Shown here in pieces: positions 19,675-29,569 of a DNA stretch of 64,000 nucleotides (its first letter is position 1; each line of letters begins with the position of its first letter). Position numbers and translations under genes: made by a program. The notes under the pieces are model-generated. The model was given only the letters and a program-made list of their open reading frames with translations. It was not told the DNA's origin and searched no databases. Source of the DNA: Thermoanaerobaculia bacterium (GTDB lineage: Bacteria > Acidobacteriota > Thermoanaerobaculia > UBA5066); the NCBI GenBank assembly GCA_038245905.1, contig JBBRRY010000013.1:1-64000 (forward strand), given 5' to 3'.

Positions 19675-20688
19675 ATGACTAAGATCGGGACGCAGCTCCA
19701 TCGATTTCTCTTCGAGACCGAACGGCAGATCCCGCAGGCGACGGGCGAGCTTTCGGCGCTCCTCTCGCAGCTCGCATTCGCCGGCAAGAGGATCAGCCGC
19801 ATCCTGTCCTCGGCCGGCCTGACGGACGTCCTCGGTGCGTCCGGGGAGATCAACGTCCAGGGCGAGCAGCAGCAGAAGCTCGACGCGCTCGCGAACGAGA
19901 TCTTCCTCGATGCCTTCGCCTACGGCCAGCTCGTCCCGACCGTCGTCACGGAGGAAATGGACCTTCCGGCCCACCTCCCGGAGAACGTCGAATCCGGCAA
20001 GTACATCGTCTTCCTCGACCCGCTCGACGGCTCCTCGAATCTCGACGTGAACGCCGGTGTCGGGTCGATCTTTTCGGTGAGGCGCCTCTCCGGACGCGGC
20101 GAGGTGAAGTCCGAAACCGAGCTCATGGCCCGCATCTCTCAGGAGCAGGTCGTTGCGGGCTACTTCCTGTATGGCCCGTCCACGACGCTCGTCTACACGG
20201 AGGGGCGCACGGTCCACGGCTTCACCTTGGATCCCGGCATCGGTGAGTTCCTCCTCTCGCACCACGAGATCCGCATCCCGGACCACGGGCCGTATTACGG
20301 CGCGAACGAGGGCACCGTGCACGACTGGGAGAGCGGACCGCGCCGATTCCTCGAGTGGGTGCGCGAGAGCGACCCCGCGACGGGGCGCCCGTACTCGACG
20401 CGCTACTCGGGCGCGCTCGTGTCGGACTTTCACCGCATCGTTCTCAAGGGTGGGATCTACATGTATCCGGCTACCGGGAAGAGCCCGAAGGGAAAGATCC
20501 GTCTCATGTACGAGGCGGCCCCGCTCGCGCTCGTCGCCGAGGCCGCGGGCGGCGCTGCCAGCGACGGCCGGCGGCGCATCCTCGACATCCACCCCACGCG
20601 GAACCACGAGAGGACGCCGATCTACCTGGGCTCGAAGGGTGACGTGGCGCGTGTCGACGCGTACGTCGCCTCCGCGGGCCCGCGATAG
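19675..20688 (+). CDS. fbp: Class 1 fructose-1,6-bisphosphatase
   Basis: NVQGEQQQKLD, DPLDGSSNLDVN, RYSGALVSDFHR, GKIRLMYEAAP. Confidence 0.96.
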   Translation: MTKIGTQLHRFLFETERQIPQATGELSALLSQLAFAGKRISRILSSAGLTDVLGASGEINVQGEQQQKLDALANEIFLDAFAYGQLVPTVVTEEMDLPAHLPENVESGKYIVFLDPLDGSSNLDVNAGVGSIFSVRRLSGRGEVKSETELMARISQEQVVAGYFLYGPSTTLVYTEGRTVHGFTLDPGIGEFLLSHHEIRIPDHGPYYGANEGTVHDWESGPRRFLEWVRESDPATGRPYSTRYSGALVSDFHRIVLKGGIYMYPATGKSPKGKIRLMYEAAPLALVAEAAGGAASDGRRRILDIHPTRNHERTPIYLGSKGDVARVDAYVASAGPR

Positions 20689-20699
20689 ACTTCGGCACG

Positions 20700-20729
20700 G
20701 AAGAAGATTTCTTCGAAAGGAAGAGAGAG
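20700..20729 (+). repeat. Dispersed AT-rich motif copy (GAAGAAGATTTCTTCGAAAGGAAGAGAGAG), intergenic
   Basis: Matches 2963-2988. Confidence 0.65.
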
Positions 20730-20733
20730 TCCG

Positions 20734-21207
20734 ATGCGCATCTCGACGATGTTTCTGGCGTGCTCCATGACCCTGTCTCTCGCGCTCCCCACCTCTGCCG
20801 ACGAGAAAACCACACCGGCCGCGCCCGCCGCCGCCGCGGACAAGAAGGAGTCGAAGATGAAGACGACACCCTCGGGTCTCCAGTACGAGGACGCCGTGCT
20901 CGGAACAGGGGCCTCGCCAAAGACAGGACAGACCTGCGTCATGCACTACACGGGCTGGCTCTTCGAGAACAAGACGAAGGGCAAGAAATTCGATAGCTCG
21001 CTCGACCGCGGGCAGCCGTTCGAGTTTCCGATCGGACAAGGCCGCGTCATCCAGGGCTGGGACGAAGGCGTCGCCACGATGAAGGTCGGCGGAAAGCGCA
21101 CCCTCGTAATCCCGCCTTCCATCGGTTACGGGGCCCGGGGCGCTGGCGGCGTCATCCCGCCGAACGCGACTCTGCTCTTCGAGGTCGAGCTCCTCGGCGT
21201 GAAGTAA
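20734..21207 (+). CDS. Exported FKBP-type peptidyl-prolyl isomerase
   Basis: Signal peptide; HYTGWL, KFDSSLDRGQPF, VIQGWDEG, IPPNATLLFEVELL. Confidence 0.95.
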   Translation: MRISTMFLACSMTLSLALPTSADEKTTPAAPAAAADKKESKMKTTPSGLQYEDAVLGTGASPKTGQTCVMHYTGWLFENKTKGKKFDSSLDRGQPFEFPIGQGRVIQGWDEGVATMKVGGKRTLVIPPSIGYGARGAGGVIPPNATLLFEVELLGVK

Positions 21208-21246
21208 CCCTGCTTCCCCCCGGCTAGTGCAGGGGAATCAGGGTTT
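21206..21246 (+). terminator. Hairpin after the FKBP gene (possible intrinsic terminator)
   Basis: AACCCTG-C-TTCCCC...GGGGAA-T-CAGGGTT imperfect stem; only a short T tract. Confidence 0.4.
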
Positions 21247-21302
21247 CCCGCCTGAAGTACTCCTAAATTACGCTTGCGGGGCTCTCCCCGCGGAGGGTTT
21301 CC

Positions 21303-22646
21303 ATGCAGAGCCCCGTGAAGCGTGTCGTCATTCTTGGTGCCGCCGGCCGCGACTTCCACGACTTCAACACGGTTTTCCGCGACAAGCCGGACAACAAGGT
21401 CGTCGCCTTCACGGCGACGCAGATTCCGGGAATCGACGCGCGCCGGTATCCCGCCGCGCTCGCGGGCTCCCTCTACCCGGACGGGATCCCGATCGTCCCC
21501 GAGGACGGCCTCGAGGACCTCATCCGCAGGGAGAAGATCGACCTCTGCGTCTTCTCGTACTCGGACGTCGCACACACGCAGGTCATGCACATCGCCTCGC
21601 GAGTGGTCGCGGCGGGCGCGGATTTCCTCCTCCTTGGCGCGGATCGGACGATGCTCAAGTCGAAGGTCCCCGTCATCGCCGTCACGGCGGTCCGCACCGG
21701 CGCGGGCAAGAGCCAGACGACGCGCTACCTCTCGCGCATCCTCAAGGAGCAGGGGCTCAAGGCGGTCGCCGTCCGCCACCCGATGCCCTACGGCGACCTT
21801 GCGGCACAGGCCTGTCAACGCTTCGCGACCTACGCGGACCTCGACAAGGAGAAGTGCACGATCGAGGAGCGCGAGGAGTACGAGCCCCACCTCGACAACG
21901 GTTTCGTCGTCTACGCGGGCGTCGACTACGAGAAGATCCTCCGCCGTGCGGAGGCCGAGGCCGACGTGATCCTCTGGGACGGCGGGAACAACGACCTGCC
22001 GTTCTACGTTCCCGACCTCCACATCTGCATCGCGGACCCGCACCGGCCCGGCCACGAGACCGCGTACCACCCCGGCGAGGCAAACTTCCGTCGCGCCGAC
22101 GTCATCCTCATCAACAAGTGCGATACGGCCGACGAGGGCAACATCCACGCGGTCGAGTTGGCGGCCGCGAAGCTGAATCCGAAGGCGAGGGTCCTGCGCG
22201 CGGACTCGCCGGTCGTCTGCGAGCACCCCGAGCTCGTCCGCGGCAAGCGGGCTCTGGTCGTCGAGGACGGCCCGACGCTCACCCACGGAGGCATGAGCTT
22301 CGGTGCCGGCCTCGTGGCGGCGAAGAAGGCCGGCGCAGCGCAGATCGTCGACCCGCAGCCTTACGCGGTCGGCTCGATCGAGGCGACGTACCGGAAGTAC
22401 CCGAACGCGGCGGGGATCCTGCCCGCGATGGGCTACAGCGACACGCAGGTGGCCGAGCTCGCCGAGACGATCGCCCGGACGCCGTGTGACGTCGTCGTCG
22501 TCGGGACGCCGATCGATTTGACCCGCGTCGTCAAGCTTTCGAAGCAGGCCGTGCGTGTGCACTACGAGCTCCGGGAAATCCAGCCGGGCCGTCTCGCGGA
22601 AGAGCTCGCGAGGGTCGTCCCGGTCGCGGCCGGAGGAGTGCGGTAG
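21303..22646 (+). CDS. Cyclic 2,3-diphosphoglycerate synthetase-like P-loop protein (COG2403; probable arginine synthetase ArcE family)
   Basis: ILGAAGRDFHDFN, VAFTATQIP, AVRTGAGKSQT, RHPMPYGDL, TIEEREEYEPH, WDGGNND, VEDGPTLTHGGM. Confidence 0.85.
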   Translation: MQSPVKRVVILGAAGRDFHDFNTVFRDKPDNKVVAFTATQIPGIDARRYPAALAGSLYPDGIPIVPEDGLEDLIRREKIDLCVFSYSDVAHTQVMHIASRVVAAGADFLLLGADRTMLKSKVPVIAVTAVRTGAGKSQTTRYLSRILKEQGLKAVAVRHPMPYGDLAAQACQRFATYADLDKEKCTIEEREEYEPHLDNGFVVYAGVDYEKILRRAEAEADVILWDGGNNDLPFYVPDLHICIADPHRPGHETAYHPGEANFRRADVILINKCDTADEGNIHAVELAAAKLNPKARVLRADSPVVCEHPELVRGKRALVVEDGPTLTHGGMSFGAGLVAAKKAGAAQIVDPQPYAVGSIEATYRKYPNAAGILPAMGYSDTQVAELAETIARTPCDVVVVGTPIDLTRVVKLSKQAVRVHYELREIQPGRLAEELARVVPVAAGGVR

Positions 22647-22669
22647 CCGTTACTTTATAGTCCCGCGCG

Positions 22670-23107
22670 ATGCTTCTCCTTTCCCGCACGATCCATTTCA
22701 ATGCGGCCCACCGCCTTTTCAATACGCAGAAGAGCGAAGAGTGGAACCGCGCGACGTACGGGGACGCCTCGAATCTCGCGGGCTACGGGCACAACTACAC
22801 GCTCGATGTGTCCGTGGCGGGCGCCCCAGATGCGGAGTCGTCGATGATCGTGAACCTCACGGACCTCGATCGCATCCTCAAAGAGGAGGTCGATCGGCCG
22901 CTCGACCACCACAACCTGAATCACGAGATCCCCGAGTTCCGGACGCGCGTTCCCACGGCCGAGAATCTCGCGCGGTGGATCTGGGAGCGCGTCGCAGCGC
23001 GCATCGAAAAGGAGCGCTGGCCCTGCCGGCTCGCGGCGTTGAAGCTCACCGTCACGCCCACGTTTTCGGTCGAATTGGTTTCGGAAGGGAAAGAGAAGAC
23101 TTCTTAG
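22670..23107 (+). CDS. PTPS/QueD-family T-fold protein with divergent active site
   Basis: FNAAHRL, GHNY, LDHHNLN, PTAENLARWIW. Confidence 0.85.
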   Translation: MLLLSRTIHFNAAHRLFNTQKSEEWNRATYGDASNLAGYGHNYTLDVSVAGAPDAESSMIVNLTDLDRILKEEVDRPLDHHNLNHEIPEFRTRVPTAENLARWIWERVAARIEKERWPCRLAALKLTVTPTFSVELVSEGKEKTS

Positions 23108-23937
23108 AAGGGGTGCCTTCTTCTCTCTCTCTTCCGAAAACTCAAATGTTCTTTTGCGCCTGCGACGCGTGCCGCGACCTCGATCGCCTCGCGCCCCCAC
23201 GCGACCTCAGCTGGAGCGTGGGCGTCGGACGAGAAGACGATCGGGACGCCTGCCGCGACGAGGCTCCTGAGGAGCGGGGGAGCGGGGTACTCCTCGCCGA
23301 CGGCCTTCCGGAGGCCGGCGCTCGAGACCTCGATGGCCACGCCTGCCCGCCGCGTGGCGTCGACCGCCGCGGCCTCCGCGTCGGCGACCTCATGCGGCAT
23401 CCGGTGGCCGAACTTCTTCGGGAGGTCGAAGTGCGTGAGGACGTCGAAGAGGCCCGTCGCGGCGGCCTTGCCGATCAGTCGGTAGTACTCGCGCCAGAGC
23501 GTCGCCGTGCCTTCACGTTCATGCCGCGCCCCGGACCCTGGCGCGTCGATCCAGTCGCCCGCGACCCAGTGGACCGACCCGAGGACGACGTCCCAGTCGT
23601 GGGCGCGGAGGATCTCCTCGAGGGCGGCCTCGTGGCCCACGGCGTAGTCGGCCTCGAGGCCGAGGAGCACGTCGATCCGGCCCGCGAACTCCTCGCGAAG
23701 CGCGCGGACTTCCTCAACGTAGCCGGGCAGCTCGGCGCGGGTCATCGCAATGCAAGGATCGGGATCTTCGCCGGGCAGAAAATACAGGGGAATGTGATCC
23801 GTGAAGGCAATCTCCGACAGTCCGCGGGAGAGTGCCGCGATAACGTATTCCCGCGTGGCGCCGCCGGCGTGGCCGCAGCGCGCCGTGTGGACGTGGTAAT
23901 CCGTCTGGTACGCGTCCTGCATTACTTCCGGCATCAT
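23104..23937 (-). CDS. PHP-family histidinol-phosphatase (HisJ-like)
   Basis: [37 protein letters not shown]. Start could be 23937, 23934 or 23922. Confidence 0.9.
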   Translation of the reverse strand: MMPEVMQDAYQTDYHVHTARCGHAGGATREYVIAALSRGLSEIAFTDHIPLYFLPGEDPDPCIAMTRAELPGYVEEVRALREEFAGRIDVLLGLEADYAVGHEAALEEILRAHDWDVVLGSVHWVAGDWIDAPGSGARHEREGTATLWREYYRLIGKAAATGLFDVLTHFDLPKKFGHRMPHEVADAEAAAVDATRRAGVAIEVSSAGLRKAVGEEYPAPPLLRSLVAAGVPIVFSSDAHAPAEVAWGREAIEVAARVAGAKEHLSFRKRERRRHPF

Positions 23938-23954
23938 CGACGAACCGCCCGTCG

Positions 23955-23964
23955 AGTGTAGTCT
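23955..23964. promoter_or_regulatory. Putative bidirectional overlapping -10 elements (TAGTCT forward, TACACT reverse)
   Basis: AGTGTAGTCT lies in the short gap between the divergent hisJ-like and pduO-like genes. Confidence 0.5.
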
Positions 23965-23983
23965 TTGGGGCAGAGGGGATGAC

Positions 23984-24577
23984 ATGGCGATCCGGATCAA
24001 CCGCGTTTACACCCGGGGAGGCGATTCCGGCGAGACGAGCCTCGTGGGAGGACAGCGGATCGCGAAGGACGCGATCCGCATCGAGAGTTACGGGACCGTG
24101 GACGAGCTCAACGCCATTCTCGGGCTCGCGCGGACCGCGAACCGCGAGACCTCCGGCGCGTCCGACACGGACCGCGAGCGCCTCGACGCGCTGCTCACGA
24201 AGATTCAGAACGAGCTCTTCAATCTGGGGTCGGACCTCGCCACCCTGCCGCAGGATCGCCATCCGAAGCAACCCGTCATCGAGGCGCGCCACGTGACGTT
24301 TCTCGAGAGCACGATCGACGACCTGAATGCCACGCTGCCGGAGCTCCGGTCGTTCGTTCTGCCTGGCGGCGGCTGGGTCTCCGCGTTCCTCCACCAGGCC
24401 CGGACGGTCTGCCGGCGCGCCGAACGCCTCGTCACGACGCTTGCGCGGCAGGAGGCGACCGGCGCGTACGCGCTCGTCTACCTCAACCGCCTCTCGGACC
24501 TTCTCTTCGTCCTCGGCCGGTGGGCCGCGCGCGCGCGCCGCGAGACCGAGCCGCTCTGGGAGCCGGAACGGGCTTGA
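23984..24577 (+). CDS. PduO-type ATP:cob(I)alamin adenosyltransferase
   Basis: [54 protein letters not shown]. Confidence 0.94.
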   Translation: MAIRINRVYTRGGDSGETSLVGGQRIAKDAIRIESYGTVDELNAILGLARTANRETSGASDTDRERLDALLTKIQNELFNLGSDLATLPQDRHPKQPVIEARHVTFLESTIDDLNATLPELRSFVLPGGGWVSAFLHQARTVCRRAERLVTTLARQEATGAYALVYLNRLSDLLFVLGRWAARARRETEPLWEPERA

Positions 24578-26127
24578 CTCGCCTCGTACGCGCCGGTTTC
24601 GCCGGCCTCGTCGCCGCCTTCGCCGGGGGCCATCTCGCCGCGCAGGAGCGCCCGGCCATCTCGACGGTCGAGATCCGCCAGACGGACGTCTTCTCGGACG
24701 AAGAGGCAGCGAAGTTCTTCCTCTACCGTTGGGCGAACGCGCTCCACATCACGACGAAGCTGTCCTTCGTCGAGAGCCAGCTCCTCTTCAAGCCGGGCGA
24801 CCCGCTGCGCCCCGAGATCCTCGCGGAGACCGAGCGCAACCTCCGCGCCGTCGGGCTGTTCCGGAAGGCGTACGTGCGGGCCGAGGGGACGCGCGTCGTC
24901 GTCGAGACGGCGGACACGTGGACGCTCCTCCTGCGCGGCTCCCTCTCGAACAAGGGCGGTGTCACGGAGTACTCGATCGGAGCCGAGGAGTACAACCTCC
25001 TCGGCCTCGGGATGCAGTTCGGGTTCGGTTACGAGAAGGAAGTCGACCGCTCCTCGCGCTCGGTCTTCTTCGTGAACCCGAATCTCCTCGCGCCGCACGC
25101 CGTCTTCCGGATAGATGCCTCCGACCTCTCGGACGGCCAGCGGTTCTCGGTCGCGTACGGGCGTCCGTTCTACGCGCTCGCGGTCCCGTGGGCCCTCGAG
25201 GGACTCCTCAACCGTTCGGACTCCAACACGAAGCTGTACGCCGGAGGGGAGGAGTCCGCGACCTGGCAGAAGCGCCAGCGGATCGCGCGCCTCTCGGGGG
25301 GCGCGCTCCTGTCCGGCGAGGCGAACGGCGCCAACCGCCTTCTCGGATCGATCGACTGGAACGAGGTGCGCCTGACCGCGGGAACCGGCCCGCCGCCACC
25401 CGCCGGCCCGCTTTCGAACCGCCGATATCTGTTTTTCTCCGGCGGCTTCGAGCACGTCGGGTCGGAGTGGATCACTCGCCGCCAGGTCGACAAGCTCGAG
25501 CGGGACGAGGACTTCAACCTCTCGACGGGCCTGCGCGTCGAGGCCGGAGTCTCGCCGGCCTTCGACGACAACGGCGCCGCGGGCCGTCTCGCCGCGACTT
25601 TGTTTTCGGGCACGTCGTTCCCGAAGGGATTCGCGCTCTTCACCGCGACGGGCTCGACTCGGCTCGAGAGCGGCATTCGAAACGCTCTCTTCGGGGCGGA
25701 CGCCCGCGGATATGTCCAGGAGGGCGCGTTTACGATCGAGGGCCGGATCGGGACGCTCGTCGGCTGGCACCTCGACCCCGAGGTACAGATTCCCCTCGAC
25801 GGGACAACGGGCGTCCGCGGATACCGCCTCAACGCCGTCGAGGGCGACCGCCGCCTCGTCGCGAACGCCGAGGTGCGCGTCTTTCTCGTCCCCGAGACCT
25901 GGTCGCTTCTTTCGTTCGGCCTGGCGGCGTTCGGCGATGTCGGGTACTCGTGGGGGCAGCCGGACGTCTTCTGGCACCTTGCGGACGCCGGTCTCGGCCT
26001 GAGGATCGGGATCACGCGCGCGAGCAAGAACAATCTCGTGCGGATAGACGTCGCACGGGTCCTCCATCCGGACCCGCAGGGTCGGACCGGGTGGCTCGTG
26101 TCGTTCTCGTCCGGACAGGCCTTCTAG
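24574..26127 (+). CDS. Omp85 (BamA/TamA-like) outer membrane protein with a single POTRA-like domain
   Basis: Signal peptide; [25 protein letters not shown]6-like GVRGY, C-terminal Phe (SGQAF). Confidence 0.8.
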   Translation: MTRLVRAGFAGLVAAFAGGHLAAQERPAISTVEIRQTDVFSDEEAAKFFLYRWANALHITTKLSFVESQLLFKPGDPLRPEILAETERNLRAVGLFRKAYVRAEGTRVVVETADTWTLLLRGSLSNKGGVTEYSIGAEEYNLLGLGMQFGFGYEKEVDRSSRSVFFVNPNLLAPHAVFRIDASDLSDGQRFSVAYGRPFYALAVPWALEGLLNRSDSNTKLYAGGEESATWQKRQRIARLSGGALLSGEANGANRLLGSIDWNEVRLTAGTGPPPPAGPLSNRRYLFFSGGFEHVGSEWITRRQVDKLERDEDFNLSTGLRVEAGVSPAFDDNGAAGRLAATLFSGTSFPKGFALFTATGSTRLESGIRNALFGADARGYVQEGAFTIEGRIGTLVGWHLDPEVQIPLDGTTGVRGYRLNAVEGDRRLVANAEVRVFLVPETWSLLSFGLAAFGDVGYSWGQPDVFWHLADAGLGLRIGITRASKNNLVRIDVARVLHPDPQGRTGWLVSFSSGQAF

Positions 26128-26142
26128 CCGGCCCTCAGGCGT

Positions 26143-27090
26143 TCAGTGGATGCCGTGCTCGGCGAGCCAGCGTTCGGCGTCGATGGCCGCCTTGCAGCCT
26201 TCTCCCGCCGCCGAGACCGCCTGCCGGTAAATGAAGTCGGCGACATCGCCTGCCGCGAAGATGCCGTCGACCGACGTCTTCGTCGAGGGGTGCCGGATCA
26301 GCAGGTAGCCGACGTCGTTCATCTCGAGCTTTCCCTTGAAAAGTCCGGTGTTCGGCTGGTGGCCGATCGCGGCGAAGTAGCCGGAGACGTTCAGCGTCCT
26401 TGTTTCGCCGGTCTTCGTGCTTTTCACGCGCACGCCCTTCACGCCCGTGGCGGGCTCACCGAGGATCTCCTCGACGACCGTGTCGAGGAGGACCTCGACT
26501 TTCGGGTTCAGGAGCGCGCGTTGGACCATGATCTTCGACGCGCGGAATTCGCTCCGGCGGTGGACGAGATACACCTTCGTGCAGAACTTCGTGAGGAACG
26601 TCGCCTCCTCCATCGCCGTGTCGCCGCCGCCCACGACGACGACCTCCTTCCCGCGGAAGAAGAAACCGTCGCACGTCGCGCAGGCCGAGACGCCGTAGCC
26701 TAGTAGCTTTTTTTCGCTCTCGAGGCCGAGGTACTTGGCGGACGCGCCGGAAGCGACGATGACGGCGTCGGCCGTGATCCGGCCGGCCGATTCGAGAGTC
26801 AGGGTGAAGGGTCTCGACGCCACGTCGACCTCCGTGACGGTGTCGACGACGATCTCCGTGCCGAATCGCTGCGCCTGCTTGCGGGTGACGTCCATGAGCA
26901 CCGGCCCCTGGATGCCATGCTCGAAGCCGGGAAAGTTTTCGACCTCGGTCGTCGTCGTGAGCTGGCCGCCGGGCTCCATTCCCTCGATGACGAGGGGCTC
27001 GAGGTTCGCGCGCGAAGCGTAGATGGCGGCCGTGAGACCGGCGGGGCCGGATCCGATGATCGCGACCTTGTAGTGAGTCTTTGCGGGCAT
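26143..27090 (-). CDS. trxB: Thioredoxin reductase
   Basis: IIGSGPAGLTAA, GVSACATCDG, GGGDTAMEEA, GIFAAGDV. Confidence 0.97.
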   Translation of the reverse strand: MPAKTHYKVAIIGSGPAGLTAAIYASRANLEPLVIEGMEPGGQLTTTTEVENFPGFEHGIQGPVLMDVTRKQAQRFGTEIVVDTVTEVDVASRPFTLTLESAGRITADAVIVASGASAKYLGLESEKKLLGYGVSACATCDGFFFRGKEVVVVGGGDTAMEEATFLTKFCTKVYLVHRRSEFRASKIMVQRALLNPKVEVLLDTVVEEILGEPATGVKGVRVKSTKTGETRTLNVSGYFAAIGHQPNTGLFKGKLEMNDVGYLLIRHPSTKTSVDGIFAAGDVADFIYRQAVSAAGEGCKAAIDAERWLAEHGIH

Positions 27091-27100
27091 GGCCCCGAGG

Positions 27101-27691
27101 TTACTTCGCGTGAGCGAAGTACTCCTTCGCGCTTTCGCGGTCTCCGGACTTCATGGACCTTGCACCGGGCTTCCAATCGGCGGGGCAGAGCTCGCCGTTG
27201 TCGCGCACATTCTGGAACGCCTGCAGGACGCGCAGTGTCTCGTCCACCGAGCGGCCGACGGACGTGTTGTTGATCGTCGCGTGCTGGACGACACCGTCCG
27301 GGTCGATGATGAAGAGCCCGCGCAGCGCGATCAAGCCGGCCTCGTCGAGGACGCCGTACTCCTCGGCGAGCTCCTTGCCGAGGTCCTCGAGGAGCGGGTA
27401 CGCGAGGCCCTTGATGCCGCCTTCTTCACGCGGCTTCTCCGTCCACGCGAGATGGCTGTACCTGGAGTCCACGGAGGCTCCGAGCACCTCGGTGCCGGCC
27501 TTCTTGAACTCGCCGAGCCGGTCGGAAAACGCGAGGATCTCGGTCGGACACACGAAGGTGAAGTCGAGAGGGTAGAAGAACAGTACGACCCACTTCCCCT
27601 TGTAGTCGGCGAGGCGGTAGGTGTGGAACTTTCCGTTCAGGACGCCCTCGAGGGCGAAGTCGGGAGCCTTGCGGCCGACGATCTGGGTCAT
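27101..27691 (-). CDS. ahpC: 2-Cys peroxiredoxin (AhpC/Prx1)
   Basis: [14 protein letters not shown]; resolving GELCPADW. Confidence 0.95.
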   Translation of the reverse strand: MTQIVGRKAPDFALEGVLNGKFHTYRLADYKGKWVVLFFYPLDFTFVCPTEILAFSDRLGEFKKAGTEVLGASVDSRYSHLAWTEKPREEGGIKGLAYPLLEDLGKELAEEYGVLDEAGLIALRGLFIIDPDGVVQHATINNTSVGRSVDETLRVLQAFQNVRDNGELCPADWKPGARSMKSGDRESAKEYFAHAK

Positions 27692-27757
27692 GGAAATTCT
27701 CCTTATAGAGCTCGTATCTTTACAGGCAGGGATTGTGTCCCGTCTGGAAAAGCTAGT

Positions 27758-27772
27758 TTAGACTAAGTCTAT
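27758..27772. promoter_or_regulatory. PerR/Fur-like 7-1-7 operator, copy 1
   Basis: TTAGACT-A-AGTCTAT inverted repeat in the AT-rich divergent gap between peroxide-defence genes. Confidence 0.65.
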
Positions 27773-27789
27773 TTACTTGTCCAGCCGCC

Positions 27790-27818
27790 TTGATTCTTGT
27801 TTATATTCAGTCTAAGTT
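27790..27818 (+). promoter_or_regulatory. Sigma70-like promoter of the rubrerythrin operon, with a second PerR-like box (27801-27815) inside it
   Basis: TTGATT-17 bp-TAAGTT; TTATATT-C-AGTCTAA overlaps the spacer and -10; AAGGAG SD before ATG 27848. Confidence 0.6.
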
Positions 27819-27847
27819 AGGGAGAGTCACATTAGTAAGGAGGGCCC

Positions 27848-28267
27848 ATGGCCGAACTCAAGGGAACCAAGACGCACGAGAACCTCAAACACGCGTTCGC
27901 GGGCGAGAGCCAGGCGAACCGCCGCTACCTCTATTTCGCCGACAAGGCCGACATCGAAGGCTATCCGGAGATCGCGGGCAACTTCCGCGACACGGCGGAG
28001 GGTGAGACGGGCCACGCGCACGGGCACATGGACTACCTGAAGCCCGCGGGCGACCCCGCCACGGGCCTTCCGTTCGGATCGACGTCTCTGAATCTCAAGA
28101 GCGCGATAGAGGGCGAGACCTACGAGTACACGCAGATGTACCCCGGTTTCGCGAAGACCGCCCGCGAGGAGGGCTTCGCCGAGGTCGCCGACTGGTTCGA
28201 GACGCTCGCGCGCGCCGAGAAGTCGCACGCGAACCGCTTCTCGAAGCTCCTCACGACGATCGGCTGA
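27848..28267 (+). CDS. Short rubrerythrin (no rubredoxin domain)
   Basis: [38 protein letters not shown] di-iron motifs. Confidence 0.93.
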   Translation: MAELKGTKTHENLKHAFAGESQANRRYLYFADKADIEGYPEIAGNFRDTAEGETGHAHGHMDYLKPAGDPATGLPFGSTSLNLKSAIEGETYEYTQMYPGFAKTAREEGFAEVADWFETLARAEKSHANRFSKLLTTIG

Positions 28268-28291
28268 AGACCCCGCCTCACTCACCACCAC

Positions 28292-29569
28292 ATGGGTGCC
28301 GTAGGACCTCCGATCGCCGTCAAGGACTCGGCCTCCCTGTCTGCCGAGCTCACACGCATCGCCGACATCTGCCACGGGTGCCGGCGGTGCTTCTCGCTCT
28401 GCCCGTCTTTCGAGGTCCTGTTCAAGGGTCTCGACGTGCCGGAAGTGGACGGCGAGGCAGACAAGCTGCCGAAAAAGGTCCTCGACGATTTCGTGGACCT
28501 CTGCTACGAGTGCAAGCTCTGCCTGCCGCACTGCCCGTACATTCCGCCACATCGCTGGGCGGTGGACGTTCCCCATCTCGTCCTCGAGTCGCGCCACGTG
28601 CGGATGCAGGAAACGGGGCTGCGGCTGCGCGAGCGGCTCCTCTCGAACCCGGACGCGCTCGGCCGGATGTCTTCGCCCGTCGCACCCGTCGCGAACTTCA
28701 TGAACACCCTGCCCCTCGCGCGGTGGGCGATGGAGAAGACGCTCGGCGTCTCCGCGAAGAAGGACCTCCCCCGTTTCGTCTGGCAGACCTTCACGCGCTG
28801 GTTCGAGACGCGCGAGGCGCCGAGACTCACGGCGCCGCCGGCCGCGAAGGTCGTCCTCTTCCCGACCTGCTCCGTCGAGTGGAACCGGCCCGAGATCGGG
28901 CAGGCTGCCGTCGCCGTGCTCGAGAAGAACGGTGTCGAGGTCGCCGTCGCGTACCCGCTGTGCTGCGGGATGCCGCTTTTTGACGTCGGCGACATCGCGG
29001 GCGCCGACGAGGCGCGCCGGACGTTCGTCGCGGCGATGAAGGACTGGGTCCTGAAGGGCTACACGATCGTGACGCCCGGCCCGTCCTGCTCGCTCATGGT
29101 CAAGAAGGAGTACCCGTGGCTCGCGGCCCGGAGCGGCGCGCCCGACGCGGACACGGCGCTCGTAGCGAAGGCCACGCGCGACCTCTTCGAATTCCTCGCC
29201 GAGCTCAGGGCGAAGGGCCTCCTCGCGCTGGACTTCCCGAAGGCGCCGAAGTCGATCGCTTACCACCTCCCGTGCCACCTCAAGGTCCAGAACATGGGCT
29301 ACAAGTCGCGCGACATCCTTGCAGCCACGGGAGCGGTGGTGACGATGGTCGAGAAGTGCTCGGGCCACGACGGGACGTGGGCGATGAAGACGGAGTATTT
29401 CGACGAGTCCATGAAGGTCGGACAGAAGCTCTTCGACGGGCTCGCAGCGGCTCAGGCCGACGTGATCGCGTCGGACTGCGCGCTCGCGGGTGTCCAGATC
29501 CACCAGGGGATGAACATTCCGGTGAAGCACCCGATCGAAGTGCTCCGGGACGCTTACGGGCTCGCATGA
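28292..29569 (+). CDS. Fe-S oxidoreductase (GlpC/HdrD-like, 2x4Fe-4S plus CCG domains)
   Basis: CHGCRRCFSLC, CYECKLCLPHC, LCCGMP, YHLPCH, CSGHDG. Confidence 0.9.
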   Translation: MGAVGPPIAVKDSASLSAELTRIADICHGCRRCFSLCPSFEVLFKGLDVPEVDGEADKLPKKVLDDFVDLCYECKLCLPHCPYIPPHRWAVDVPHLVLESRHVRMQETGLRLRERLLSNPDALGRMSSPVAPVANFMNTLPLARWAMEKTLGVSAKKDLPRFVWQTFTRWFETREAPRLTAPPAAKVVLFPTCSVEWNRPEIGQAAVAVLEKNGVEVAVAYPLCCGMPLFDVGDIAGADEARRTFVAAMKDWVLKGYTIVTPGPSCSLMVKKEYPWLAARSGAPDADTALVAKATRDLFEFLAELRAKGLLALDFPKAPKSIAYHLPCHLKVQNMGYKSRDILAATGAVVTMVEKCSGHDGTWAMKTEYFDESMKVGQKLFDGLAAAQADVIASDCALAGVQIHQGMNIPVKHPIEVLRDAYGLA

